The notes under the pieces: model-generated
Told to the model about the DNA's origin: nothing
Database searches by the model: none
The model's input: the letters and a program-made list of their open reading frames with translations, nothing else
NCBI RefSeq assembly: GCF_009914755.1
Contig: NC_060939.1
Direction: 5' to 3' (one strand)
DNA from: the human T2T-CHM13v2.0 reference genome, Homo sapiens
Length of the DNA stretch: 64,000 bases
Shown: positions 49,838 through 63,564 of the stretch, one piece after another
How positions within the stretch are numbered: the first letter of the stretch is position 1
How the letters are laid out: each line of letters begins with the position of its first letter
Position numbers and translations under genes: made by a program

Positions 49838-50228
49838 TTAGTCTTTCTGGACTGGATAACAAAATACTATGGACTGGTGGCTTATAAACAACAGAAATTT
49901 ATTTCTCACAGTTCTGGAAGCTGAGAAGCCCAAGAGCAAGGTGCTGGCAGATCCGGTGTCTGGTGAGGGCCTGCTTCCAGGTTCAGAGCTGGCTGTCTTT
50001 TTGCTATAACCTCACATGATGGAAAGGGCCAGGGATCTCTCTGGGGGCCTCTTTCATAAAGGCATGAATCCCATTCATGAGGGCTCTGCTTTCGTGACTT
50101 AATCACCTGCCAACAACCCCGCCTCCTAATACCCTCGTATTAGTGATTAGGTTTCAACAGATGAATCTTGGGGGACATAGGTTTCAACAGATGAATCTTG
50201 GGGGGACACAAACATTCAGTCTATAGCA
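49838..50228 (-). mobile_element. MaLR solo LTR (MLT1A-like), inserted into a MIR
   Basis: ggcttataaacaacagaaatttatttctcacagttctgga...tctggtgagggcc...acaaacattcagtctatagca. Confidence 0.8.
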
Positions 50229-53168
50229 GTAATTATGAGACCTTCATCTGTTCTTTAACCACTCCGAGCCTCAGTTTCCTCATTTGTAAAATGCGAATAA
50301 TAATTGTACAGGACTTCCATCCCAGGGTTCTTGTGAAGACTAAGGGAGGTAGCACAGGTACATAGCTTTGTACGGGGCCTGGCCCACGGGAAGCATGCCA
50401 TCATTGGCAGCCATTACTATTTCTATTATTAGGGGAGGGCTGAGTCGCCCAGAGGAAGGAGTCTGAACGGAGTAAAAGAGCTTGTTAGTCGCCTTCCTCA
50501 TCCCCAGAAAACTTTTCAAGTCATGGAGCAGAAAGATGCAGGGAAGGGATAATGTGTTTGTCTTTCTAAACCACAAGCTGATCCCTATCTTTCCTCTTTG
50601 GCCCTAGCCCGAGCACTCAGCCCTGGCTGTTGGCACTCAGATGTTACAACAGGCCCCGACAGCCACAGGCTGAGGGATAACCGGGAAGTGCCTGCCCCAC
50701 CCGATGTGCCCACCTTGCTGCCCTCCCAGACCATACTGGCCTGCCAATGCCTCTGAGATGGCACCACTCCAAGAGCCATGTCCCCCTGTGAAATGTCTGT
50801 TTTGGGTGTCTCTTCCAGAGATCCTACCCAATTTGTAGAATGGGAGTGCCTGGACAATTCCTTCAACCAGAAGGTCTGTGCCAGCAGCCAAGGCTCCTCA
50901 AAGGAGGATGTGCCTGGAGCCCCCTGTGCTCAGCACGGCAACCTGGGAACAAGGCCAGAGGGTGGCACATGGATGCTGCAGGAGACACTGTCCCCAGACT
51001 GCTCCTGACACTTCCTGTGCTGTTGTTCTGCCCTTTCCTCCTGGGCAGGGCTGAGCTGGGCACGGATCAGAGGAGAATAGAGAAGGGGGAGAGTCACACA
51101 CAGGAATTAATCACTCAGGACCTACCCTGAATGGATGATTCAGTGTGTATCCCCAGCTGTCTCAATGTGTGGGGAGAGGGGTGGCAACGGGGCGGATCGT
51201 GCAACCCGGTGCAGCTGAACCTCATGTAGACGAGACTGGAAGTGCAGAAAACTGGCGTTGTGATGGACCTGAGGGATTCCCTAGTCTAGTCTTGTATCCA
51301 GTTCTCTGGCCTACCCAACTGACGGTTATTCTTGAATACCTCCAGTGATGGGGGACTCATTACCTCCTTGGTCAGTCTAACTTGACCTTCTGCCTCTCTC
51401 AAGGCCCCAAACCCACTGTAGCTCCCAAGGGGTGGGAGGAACCCAGGGTTTCCTAGAGTTATTCTCTATAGGGTGAGGATGGGACTTGGCTAGTCGCCAT
51501 TCTAGGGTACCTAAGCCTGGATTCAAACCAAATTGAATACCAGTTCATTTCTGGTAATAATCTAACATTCATACTTTATTGTAGTTCTGTTCAAAAGTAC
51601 TGCTTGGAGCTGTGATTTGGGTATATAAGGCATTTGTAGTCAAAGAAAATAATTCACATATGCATTCATGAATCAGTAAAAATAATTTAGGGTGTCGATT
51701 CTAGGTTAGACAATATAATGCTTTCATTCTAGCTTTGGTTCATGGTTCATTTCAAATCCTCAGCAACCAATCTCTGCCACCTCCACGCAGCACATTCTGC
51801 TTCTGCAGCCAGCATTCGACCAGTGTACCCATGTCCTTGGGTAACGAATCTGTGGGGGGAGCCATTCTGGTATCACCTGGTCCCCCTCCCACTGCCCCCT
51901 CATCCAAGGCCTAGCAGTCAGCTTCCTGGGTGACCACAGGAGGTCAGAGTTTGTCTAAGCGGGTCAGGCCTACAGTATTGTCCACTCAGAGGAAAGAGAA
52001 AGAATCCGCGTGGGAAAGACACAAAGAGGAGGAGGAGGAGGCGACAGAGTAAGGGGAGGAGAACAGAAACTAAATATAAATATGTGTTGGGGATGTTGGG
52101 GATGGCAGCAGGGTATGGTTAGCTGGCTGGCTCCCACACCACTGTCCCACAGCACAGAGGGCCAGCATCTGCACCTGGCACCATGCTTTCCCTAGGAAAG
52201 CCGAGGGCATTGGGCTTGTGGTGCAGCCACACAGGGTACAGACCTGTTTGGGACTGTCAGGTTCCCACGGGTTGCCTGAGCTCTATTAGGTGGGCGCCTT
52301 AGAGTAAATTGTGTGAAACCAATACAGCCTATAATGCAAAAGATTGAGCCGTGAGTAGATTGATGCGTCTAAAGAATCAGTGAACAAAAATAAGTGGCCA
52401 TAGTGACCTCAGTTAATCATTGAAGTCTGAGGTGCCCAACAATGATTTTTAAAATCCCTGCACTGTCCTTGGTCCCCGCTCTGTGACACTGGCAGTCACC
52501 CAGCCACCACTTGACGGCAGCCATTTGGAGTCCACATGTACTGAGTTTCCAAGCCAGAACTTCCTCAGCACTCAGCCAGAACACAGCCTTTCTCTGGGGG
52601 CCCAAGACAAGGAGAGCAAAGGTCTTCTCACTTCTTTATCTGGGGAAGAGATGAGTGATTCCTGTCCCTTCCCCCAGTATAGAAAACACCCTGTACCCCA
52701 AAAGAAACATGGCACAGGGGCAGCCAGGAGTGAGCCCCTTGGAATGGCCATTCTGATCTTAGGCAGGGACTGCTGAGGACAAGCAGAGGATGCCGACTCT
52801 GGGACAAAATCACAGGCGGAGGGGCTCCGAAACAGGCCCTAGCCGCTCTGGGGGTGCGGGTCTCCTGCCCTAGGACTCTCAGGCTAGAAAGTCCTCAGGA
52901 CTCAGGACTGCGCAAGGGCTGACAAGGGAACTGGAATCCCTTAAATCCCGCTTTCCTGCCTGCGCAAGGGGCTACCCCAGCACAGTCTTGGGGCCCTGTC
53001 CACATGGGACAGATCATCCAAGGTGACAGGTTTTCCGACTCCCGCGTGGGCTCTCCAGGATGTGTGGGTGGGCACACGCGGCCCGCTCAGGTCCGGGAGA
53101 GTCGGCCCGCGGCTCTGGAGCGTGCATCTGCGATGCCAGTGAACGAGGTGATTACACACAGCCGGCGC

Positions 53169-53423
53169 TCAGCTGATTCTCCAGGTCGGGTCTCCGCGAG
53201 GCGGCCACTGGGCCGTGGAGCCGCAGGCAGGTCCCCGCGGCTGTGGCCAGGCCAGGGCCCGGAGGCGAAGGGCGGGCGGGAACTGGGGCCAAGCAGGTGG
53301 AGAGAAAGAGTTGAGCAGCACGGCGCCCCTCGGGCAGAGGGGCTCCTGGCCAAGGCCCCAGCGACACTTGGCAACTTCTCCCGCGCTCTGGGTTCGCCGC
53401 CGCGTCCTACCTGAGGCCACACC
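53169..53423 (-). CDS. C15orf56: C15orf56/PAK6-AS1 putative ORF, exon 2 (GVASGRTRRR...PTWRIS*); 161 aa in total
   Basis: Acceptor ttttgatttcag|GGTGTG; a 118-nt intron joins two ORF-track frames into 77+84 aa. Confidence 0.55.
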   Translation of the reverse strand, partial: GVASGRTRRRTQSAGEVAKCRWGLGQEPLCPRGAVLLNSFSPPAWPQFPPALRLRALAWPQPRGPACGSTAQWPPRGDPTWRIS

Positions 53424-53541
53424 CTGAAATCAAAATCGCGGTCAGGTGAAGCCGGCGCTGCACCAACGTGTAAGCGCGGCCCCTCCTCGGCGTTCCCGCG
53501 CCGAGGTCCCTCCCGCGGAGGGCGGGCCCGGCTCCCACGAC

Positions 53542-53772
53542 CTCTTCGAGCGTTCCTGGGCTTCCCGCTCCGCAGGTGGGTTCCCCGGCTGCCCCGGAGG
53601 TTCGCGGCGAGAGGACGGGCCTCCCAACACGCGCAGCCCCCTTCCTGGGTGCCCATGCCCCGAAGTTCGGGACCAGCCGGCGCCAGGCGAGGGGCCTTGG
53701 GCGCAGGCATCTGGAGCTCCGCGTCCCTGGAGCGGGACCTCCCTCCGCGGGCGCCCGCCCGGCGCGGGGCAT
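53542..53772 (-). CDS. C15orf56: C15orf56/PAK6-AS1 putative ORF, exon 1 (MPRAGRAPAEGG...GTLEE); coding status doubtful
   Basis: ATG at 53772; donor GAG|gtcgtg at 53542/53541; the peptide matches my recollection of C15orf56. Confidence 0.55.
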
Positions 53773-54061
53773 TCGCGTCCCCGAGAGGGCGCAGCAGTGG
53801 GGCCTGCGAGCTGGGGCCGGGTGGCCGCGCCGGGTCGGAGTGTGGCTGGAGAGGGGCCGCCCCGGAAGCGGTGCTGCGCCCAACGTCCCCTTCTCCCCGT
53901 AAGCCCCGCAAGGAGCCTGCCGCCTCTTGCACCTGAGCCAGGAGTTCAGTCGGGAGGCGGGCGCGGAGCGGTTCCCAGCGCCTGGACGTCAGCCAGTCGC
54001 AACACCCGCGGGAACACTTGCTACATTTGCCATAATGCATTTCTGATCTGTTTCCGCGCAG

Positions 54062-54173
54062 GCCTGCGGAGGACTGGCCCAGCAAGGTCCCAGGTCTTCC
54101 CTCTCCTCAGCGCCTAAGAGAGAGGCCCAGTGCGGGTGAGGAGTCGCGAGGAAGAGGCGGAAGGCGCCGGAAG
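54062..54173 (+). other. PAK6: PAK6 5'UTR exon (112 nt), last non-coding exon before the ATG exon, which is outside the window
   Basis: Branch-like ctgat, tttccgcgcag|GCCTGC...GGAAG|gtgagt (strong donor). Confidence 0.85.
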
Positions 54174-55504
54174 GTGAGTGAGCGAGCGGCCCCCGGCCCT
54201 AGAGCCTTCTGCACCCATTTTGAAGAGCAGGCAGGGAGGGACAGTGGGCAGGCAGGTGGCCCTCCTGGGCTGGCTCCTTCCTGGTACTGCTAGGCAGCGG
54301 AGGTGGTCCCTTCCAGGTGCCGTCTCTCGATCCTTAGTGGGTGCATGTTAAGTCACTTACACCACTTTGCCCCATGGCCCCACGGTAGGCTGGTAGACGT
54401 CAAGACCTCAAATGGCCCGCCCTGCCCCCGGGCCCATCTTCAGGTCTGATGCCTGTCCTGGGTGAGGGTGTCACCGCGGCAGAGTGCAGGGAATTCATGC
54501 CGGGGAAGAGGTTCCCAAACAGGAAGGGTGGTGGCAGGCCCAGTGGCTGTGCAGGGCAGGGTGGGAGGCAGCCGTGGGAGACTCCCGCAGGAGTTACAGG
54601 TGAAGCTGCCGCTCCACACATCCCAGCCCACCGCTCATTCCCCAGATCTCCAGACCTGCTCAGGTGGCATCCGATCTGGAGTGTAGGTGCTGCTGGGAGC
54701 ACTGGAGGCTAAGCCATGAAGAGCTCCCAGGGTGTAGGTTGCGTTTTCTGTATCTTGCCCCATTCTGGAGGTTTTTTGGGGGCTTTTCTGACTTGTTTTT
54801 CTGGGTGAAGGGGGCAGAGGGGCTCAGGTCTGTGTCCATGCTCGTTTTTGGTGGCCGGTGTGGCATAGGTTGCCGCATTGGATAAGAAAACGCCTGGTTC
54901 CATGCAAGGTGAGGTTCAGCCTGCAGTGCCATGAATTCTCCTCCATAGTATATAGGACAGTGGCCGAAGACACATTTGGAACCGAAGAGAGTGGGGTTTG
55001 AATCTATCCAGACTTTGCCTTTGACTCCTTAGACAAGTTGCTTCACTTCTCTACAAACTTATAAATGGCCTCATCTGTAAAATGGGAATGCGAATGCCTT
55101 CCTCCTCATTAGGCGGTTGTGGGGAGTAACTGCCTCATCAGCCTCCAGCTGCTATGTTGGGAAGGGCTAAGCCACTCCAAGTTCTCCCATCCTGGAGAGC
55201 TTTGAGGGCAGTCTGGCTGTTTGGCAAGCTATTGTCAGAGGGTATTAGAGCAAAGCAATAGGAATAAAGTAAAGGTAGGGGTCCTTGGAGGGCGAGTAGT
55301 GAGAGACCCTAATTCAGGGTCTCTGGACCTCGTGGTGACCCAGGGAAGGGGCCATTCCTGGAAGAGGATCTGGCTTGGGCATCAGAAACAGCAGCGCCCC
55401 CTGCACATCACACATGTTCATGTGTTCATGGGTGACCCTGGAACCTCAACTGTTGCCTGGGATAGAGGGAGCCTCTGGCTTGAGCTTCCAGTCCCATCTC
55501 TGTT

Positions 55505-55760
55505 CTGCATAGCTGTGTGATCCAGAGCAGGTCACTTGACTTCTCTGGGCACTGGGCATTGTGGATGAGCCTGGAGTTTGGAGTCGGAGAGATCTGACTT
55601 TGAATCCCAGCTCCACACTTACTGTCTTGGACAATTACTTCTCTCTGAGCCTCAGTTTCTTCATCTGTAAAACAGAGCTCGCGGTAGCTACAATTAGCCA
55701 TTAGATGTACTAATAAAAAGCACCTAGCACAGTCTATCCATGTGGTGGGCACTTTATAAG
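55505..55760 (+). mobile_element. MIR fragments
   Basis: ttgaatcccagctccacacttact...ctctgagcctcagtttcttcatctgtaaaa. Confidence 0.7.
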
Positions 55761-56089
55761 CATACCTTTCTTTTCTTGCCTCCTCCTTCTCTCTCCAGCT
55801 CCCTGCTGTCTTTAAAATGGGCCCAGGAAAGCAGGTTCAGCCCAACTCACAATGGTGTTGTGAGTGTAAAGTTGTGAGTGTTAAGGAGGTGAAATAGAGG
55901 TCTGGAAAGTTAAGAGCTGTAGAAAAAAAGGCAATCTTGTGATTAGGGATGCCAGAGGTTCCTTCTGCTTAGCATAGGGCTCCAATGCCAGAGGTTCCAA
56001 TGCTTAGCATAGGGTCCTAGCTAGGCATTGAGGACCCTATGCTAAGGACTCAGACCTCTGTGTGCAGAGGCTGTTGAGAATCTAGGGTA

Positions 56090-56115
56090 GGCCGGGCGCG
56101 GTGGCTCACGCCTGT
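56090..56115 (+). mobile_element. Isolated 26-nt Alu 5' head
   Basis: GGCCGGGCGCGGTGGCTCACGCCTGT matches the consensus exactly; no body or tail follows. Confidence 0.75.
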
Positions 56116-56961
56116 TGACACAAGTGACTGAATGAGCTGTATTACTGTATTCTTTTAAACAGCAGCCCATTATCTCTCCCCTGGGGATTCACTGGGGCCA
56201 GTGGTATGGGAATAGTGACAAAGGCAGAGAGCCCAAACATTTTGGCAGGTTGCATGTCATGCTGTCTGCCCTGGCCCATGCTGCATCTGTCTGGGTCCCT
56301 CAAGTGGGACAGCAGAGCCTCAGGGTCCTGCTCATCCTCCCAGGGCCTCTCCGCACTTCAGCACACTGACCCTGAGCAGGTTGTTTGAATCTTGTGGGCA
56401 TCCACATGAGGGCCACAACCTGCGTCTAGGACCCTCCTCCCCCGCAGGTGACAGCTGAGCAGAAAAGCAGATGAAATTTCCTTCCCCCGTGTATTTTGGG
56501 AGCCAGGATAGGGTGCTGGGGTGCCACCTCTCCTGACTCTCAAGTCACGTGAAGAGGAGCAGATGGCAGACTCGGACCCCAGTAGAGGCTGAGGTGAGAC
56601 AGAGTTCAGCTCCACACAAGGATCAGCGAGGGGACAGAGGGGACAGAAGGCAGGGGCTGCAGGGGGAGCTTTTCATCGCTGAATGAGTTCTAGCAGAGTG
56701 CGGGCAGCCTCCTGTTGGGAATGCCAGAGGGACTGAACTTTGGGCCAAGGGGAAGGTCAGACCCCGTCAGGAGTGCCACAGATCCTGCACTACCATCTCT
56801 TCTGGCTGCAGAAGGTTGGCCTAGAGCAACACCTGTTTGGAAGAAGCAAACTAAACCACACAGGAGTGAGGATTTCCTCTCGTTTACCATGGTCCCCAGA
56901 GCCTGGAGTAGAGTAGGTCCATAATAGATACTTTCTGAATAAAGGAATACTATAATTTCCC

Positions 56962-57118
56962 AGCTGGGCACGGTGGTATGCTCCTCTAGTCCTGACCACT
57001 CAAGCGACTGAGGTGGGAGGGTGGGTTGAGGCCAGACGTTCGAGGCTGCAGTAAGCTCTGATCGCGCCACTGCATTTCAGCCTGGGCGACTGAGTGAGAC
57101 TCTGTCTCTAAAAAAAAA
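56962..57118 (+). mobile_element. Alu monomer (FRAM/right-arm-like)
   Basis: gctgggcacggtgg...gagactctgtctctaaaaaaaaa. Confidence 0.75.
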
Positions 57119-59219
57119 TTTTTTTTTTGAAACAAACTTCTGAAAGTAAAGTTTGAGAAAAATCCTTCTGGCCAATGAGAATATTCCAGTGAAAGGCTGT
57201 CTTCTGTTCGCGGTAATTCTCAGCCAAGGGGTCAGGTGAGGCCTGTCACCTGTCAGAATGTGTGTGGGATGACAGTTCCCAAAGGGGGTTACAAAGAGGT
57301 CAAGAAACCCTGCTGCAGGTCTCAGCATGTCAGGGCCCAGCCCTGGAGGTGACAGGGTCCTCTGGAGGCCACTCTGACAGGTTGGTGATGGTAGTAGAGT
57401 GCTTTCCTAAGTTTTGTAGCACTCGGGGCTCACCTCTGTCTTGGGGCTGTGATTCTAGGATAGGCCCTTCCCCAGAGTGTCTTGGATGGGCCTGAGAATA
57501 ACAGAGGGTGGTGGTAGGAGCAGATGGCCACTGCAGCCAAGTTCACATCAGGTCCTGGGTCAGACTCGTGTCTGCCCCTTCTTTGCCTCTCGGCTTGAAT
57601 GAGTCACTTAGTCTCTCCTTCTCTGCATAATGGAGACAGTACTAGTGCTACCTCACAGGCTTGTGGCGAGGAGATCACATGTGTGAAATGCTCAGCCCAG
57701 AGCCTGCTACTTCCGTCTTATGCTAGGCTCTTCCTGAGTGACGACCGTGAGAAATATCCAAAGCTCCTCCGTGAGCAGGAACAGATGCTCCCCCTCACTG
57801 TGCCTGGAGAAGCTGGCAGAGGTGAATTAATCCATCCCTTGTCATCTACAAAAATGTCGAGGCCTACGTAAGGCGAGTAGGCCAAGGTCACAAGCCGGGA
57901 CTTAGGAACACCAAGCCCAAGGTCCACGCTGAGCCAGCACTCGGGCTTGTGGCCCAGGACTTGAGCCCTGGTAAGCAGACCCTGAGCCTCACTGTGAGAA
58001 AGCCTGGGCCTGCCGCCCCCCTCTCACCCCCTGGCACCTTGAGCAACCCAGGAGCTGGCCCACTAGGCAGCGGCCTCCTCTCTTCCCAGTCGCCCGCAAA
58101 TGGCAGGGAATTCCACCAGCTTCATTTCTAACAGCTTCCCAGCAATCCCAGCGCTTACACAGCCAGCCCAACGCTGACCCCTCCGGGTGGCTGCAAACCC
58201 CTTTAGACTCACTTTCTGGAAGCCAGCTTCCCAGCCTCAGCGCGTTCTTGTGAATCCCTTCGGTGGGCTGTGTCCTTTCCTTGAAAGGGACTCAGTATGC
58301 GCAAACAGCCCAAACTCACTCTAGGCCAGGTCTGGAGGGTCAGGTGGGTGACCACGTGGGATACCACCACTTCTGGTGAAAAGCGGGGTGACGGGTTAGG
58401 AGGACAGCTGAGGTGGGCTCATAACGTCTCCAAAGGCAGTTCCCAAAGAGGAGTTCTGGAAATGCCAGAGCATGTTTGAAACAGGCAGGTACATTCCCAA
58501 GTGGTCTGTCTCGCACAGCAATGCTCATTTGAATGCCCATGCTCTGGCTTGAGGTTTAACGGCAGGCATCCTCTGTAGTGCCACCCTGCATCTGTGGGGC
58601 CCTGATGGCTCTGGTGGCCCTGGCATCCCAGGGCCTGGCCCATGGATGTCTCCTCTCCAGGGAGGAGACGTTGAGGAGGGTGGCCCACCCACAGTGCAGC
58701 TGCTTTTCTCATCTGTGGACACTAGACCAGCCAAGCCTCAGTGCCATGCTCTGGGAATCCCCTTGTCTCTGTGGAACAGTAGCATCCGCCACAAAACTTA
58801 CTCACCCCCTCCTCAAGCCAAGCCTGTGGGTCGCCTGGCTTCAGGCTGAGCCCCTACAGAGGGGCTGTGGATGCATCCTGTGCTGGACAGAACACACGCC
58901 TGCTGTTTCTGTAGCTTTTCCTAGATGCCAGGCCCTGACCATCACAGCCCCCACCATGACCTCTTGGAAACATTTTACTCACCCCTTGCTGAGTGGAAAA
59001 ACACCTGGTTCCTTGCAAGATAAGGGTCAGCCTGCAAGTTAGGACAGCCCCAGGCCCCCTGGCCTCTGACTCACAGGTCAGCCCAGGAAAGAATTCAGCA
59101 GGCTTCTTCCCTGGAGGGGCCAGCCCTGTCCTACATACCTCACGCACATCTTGCCCGTTTCTGTTCATAAAGACCTCCAGAGAGGGAGAAGAACCACAGC
59201 TGACTCAGTCCGGGGTAAG

Positions 59220-59430
59220 CATGGTGGACGGAGCAGGGGCTCTGGAATCAGATCTGGGTTCAAACCTCAACTCAGTCATTTCCTGGTTCTGTGGCCTCAG
59301 GCAAGCTATTGAACCTCTTTGAGCCTCATCTGGATTTGTGGATAACAATTCCTTCTCTCAGGGTTGCTGTGAGGGTTAAATGAGCTAACCCTCGGAAGGG
59401 GCTTAGCACATAATAGGTGCTCAAGAAAAG
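59220..59430 (+). mobile_element. MIR
   Basis: gctctggaatcagatctgggttcaaa...gtgagggttaaatgag...gcttagcacataataggtgctcaa. Confidence 0.7.
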
Positions 59431-60333
59431 TTTCTTCCCTTTCTGTGTCTGAGATTGCTGCTCCTCCAACACCACTGTCCCGCCCCTCAGTGACCCCAGG
59501 TACATAGCTCCTTGAACTGTCCACCAGCTCCGCCCTCAGGTTTACTGGGGGTAGCAGCATTTCCTCCAGAAAGTGTGTGCCAGGAACCGTCGGTCCCCAC
59601 TGGCCAGGCTCCGGCTGGAGGAAGCCCCACAGCAGGGGAGCTTCCTTCTTGAACTGGTTTGGGCTGGACCCTTCCCTCCCAGGCCTTGGGCATCCCCTGA
59701 TGCAGTCATGCGTTAGCCAGCAGGAAGATGCCTGCAGACATCCAGAAGAGAAAAGTTCAAAGCAGTCCTCACACACGGCAGTGCCTTTCCAGCCTGAGGT
59801 GGAATCTTCAGTGTGGCCTCCCTCCCCTGTGTTAAGGCGAAGTGTCAGCCAGGAGGGGCTGGGGCTGTGCCCGAGCTGGCCACCCCGTTCTGCTTGTTTC
59901 CACTTCAGGGTCTTAGGCTCACATCACTTCTTTCAAGCTGGGCAGGAGAAACGGCAGGGTCTGGCTCTCTGAGGGGGAGTCCCCTTCCTTCCTCCTCCTG
60001 GTGTCTTCTTGGAGGAAAGCTCCTCCCCTAGATGAATTGCGTGCAGATGGAGATGCTAGAGGGGCGACAGTAACAGCTGGCATGGCCTGTTTGACTTAAC
60101 CTTGGGGCCCCATGGCTGGTGCAGCAGCCACCTCCCTCAGCCCAGTGGCCTTGGAGACATGGATGGGAAAAGGAGCCCTGGAAATGGCAAGCGGAGGCCC
60201 TGGCTGACCGGGTGGGCGTGCTCTGAGGACACAGCCTGATGCTGGGGAGAGGCAGGGCATGTTTTGTCCTGGGTGATTCACTCGCGATGACTGGGGCAAC
60301 ACTGGTCCCGTTCAGGTGGATGAACGTCTCTTA

Positions 60334-60729
<396 letters not shown>

Positions 60730-61774
60730 TTAAGGAAAACTTAGAAAAAGAGTAGAAAGATAGAATAGAAGGAGATCACCTGTAGCCCCACCAGGTAAAT
60801 GGGACAACTAATATGTTGATGTATTTCCTTCAAATAGCCATTGTATTCACACTGCATTGACAAATTACCATTGGCAAAATCTTTAAAAACCCCCTACCCC
60901 TAATCTATATCATCAAGAATTCCACTTTCGCCAAAGTAAACCTTGATAGTTTAATTTGTGTCTGGGACCCATGACTGTGGACAGGTTTAGGCCCCAGCAG
61001 GTCGTGGGATCCAGGAGAGACCACCAAATCGGGCCCCTCATAATGATCACACTAGACCTGAGGGAGGTGAGAGTCAGGCTACGGGTACCCGCCGTCACTC
61101 CCACCAGCTTTATTATTTTACCTTTCACATTGAGGTTTGTGATCTGTCTGCATAATTTTGGAGTATGATATGAGCTCATTCTTCCGGGTTTATTTTTTTT
61201 CCATGCAGATATCAAATTACTTCAGCTACATTTATTAAAAACATCATCCATTCCCCCAGCATGTTGCAGGGTCACCTTTGTCATTAATCAAATGACCTCA
61301 TAAGAGTGGGTCTATTTTTGGATTCTCTCTTCTGTTCCATTGGTCTATTTGTCAATTCCGTACTAAATTTGCCAATTTTTGCCTATTTGCCTATTGCCTA
61401 TTTGCCAATTCCATACTAAATTAATTATTGTAGCTTTCTAATAAATCTTAATATCTATTTAGTACAATCCTCCAACTTCGTTCATTAAGATTGTCTTGGC
61501 TATTCCTGGTTCTTTATATTTCTGTATACATTTTAGAATCAGTTCATCAATTTCTACCAAAGGAAATATGCTGGGATTTTGTTTGAGATTTAAATTAATC
61601 TGCAGGTTAACTTGGGAATAATTGACATCTTTACAGTATTGAACCTTCTCATCTATGAACATTCTTTAATATCTTTAATAATGTTTTGTATTTTCCAATA
61701 TAAGGACTTTGTATTTTTTTGTTAGATTTATTCTAGATATTTTGTATTTTTAATGTAAAATGATATCTTTTTAA

Positions 61775-62074
<300 letters not shown>

Positions 62075-62143
62075 CCTTTTTAAAAATTTCATGTTGTTAC
62101 TGGTATGTAGAAATCCAGTTGATTTTTTAAAATATTGACCTTG

Positions 62144-62480
<337 letters not shown>

Positions 62481-63131
62481 TTAATCCCAGTTTTATGTAG
62501 ATTCTCCCGCATTTTCTACTTACACAGTTATGTTGTCCCACACAGTGTTGGCCTCACCACATTTCAGATGAGTCCTAGCTGCCTCCCTTTAGGTGGTTGA
62601 TTGGTTGATTTTCCAGACCTAAGTGATGGCCTCTGGTTTCTAAAGCTCTACTCCCTAGCCCCCAAAGCCTGAGCTCAGCTGATTGCTTCTGCCAACTCCC
62701 ACCCTCACCATCACCACTCCTGGCCCTGGGACACCCTCTGGGCTGTCCTTCTTTCTTCTCCAGCCTCCCTGCTGCCTCTGGGAAGAACTTGTTCCGGAAT
62801 GGCTCACTATTAGAATGGACTCAAGAGAGGCTCCCAGAGTCAGAGACCATTTGCTAAAGATGCTCTCCCTGTGCATCCCCACAGCAAAAGCTGAGCGCTT
62901 GGGTGGGGCAGGGGAGTTGGGGAGAGGGCTGTTCTGGGGTGGGTGGTGGGGGGCGGATTCACCAGCTCTTCTTCAGCTGCAGTCTGTGTCCCTGCACCTC
63001 CAGAAGATTTCACAGAGCTAGGGAGGAGGGCGAAACAGGCAGCTCAACTAATCCAGGGATAGCAGGTCTATCCAAGGGACTGGGGGAATAGACCTGCTGA
63101 ATAAAGACTCTTCTGTAGCAAAAGGCAAAGG

Positions 63132-63564
<433 letters not shown>

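Larger units (their letters stand above)
51555..53790 (-). ncRNA. PAK6-AS1: PAK6 antisense transcript (PAK6-AS1/C15orf56); ends approximate
   Basis: Starts in the CpG island, has one GT-AG intron, and a minus-strand AATAAA at 51580-51575. Confidence 0.6.
53040..54200. promoter_or_regulatory. Large CpG island, probably a bidirectional promoter (downstream PAK6 promoter and C15orf56/PAK6-AS1)
   Basis: Very high GC and CpG density; ETS motif CCGGAAGC at about 53861; GC boxes. Confidence 0.85.

Noticed and set aside
53087-54085. 332-aa minus-strand ORF, the longest in the window
   Set aside because: Non-ATG start, lies wholly in a CpG island with stop-codon depletion, and has low-complexity R/G/P/A composition; noted only within the antisense finding
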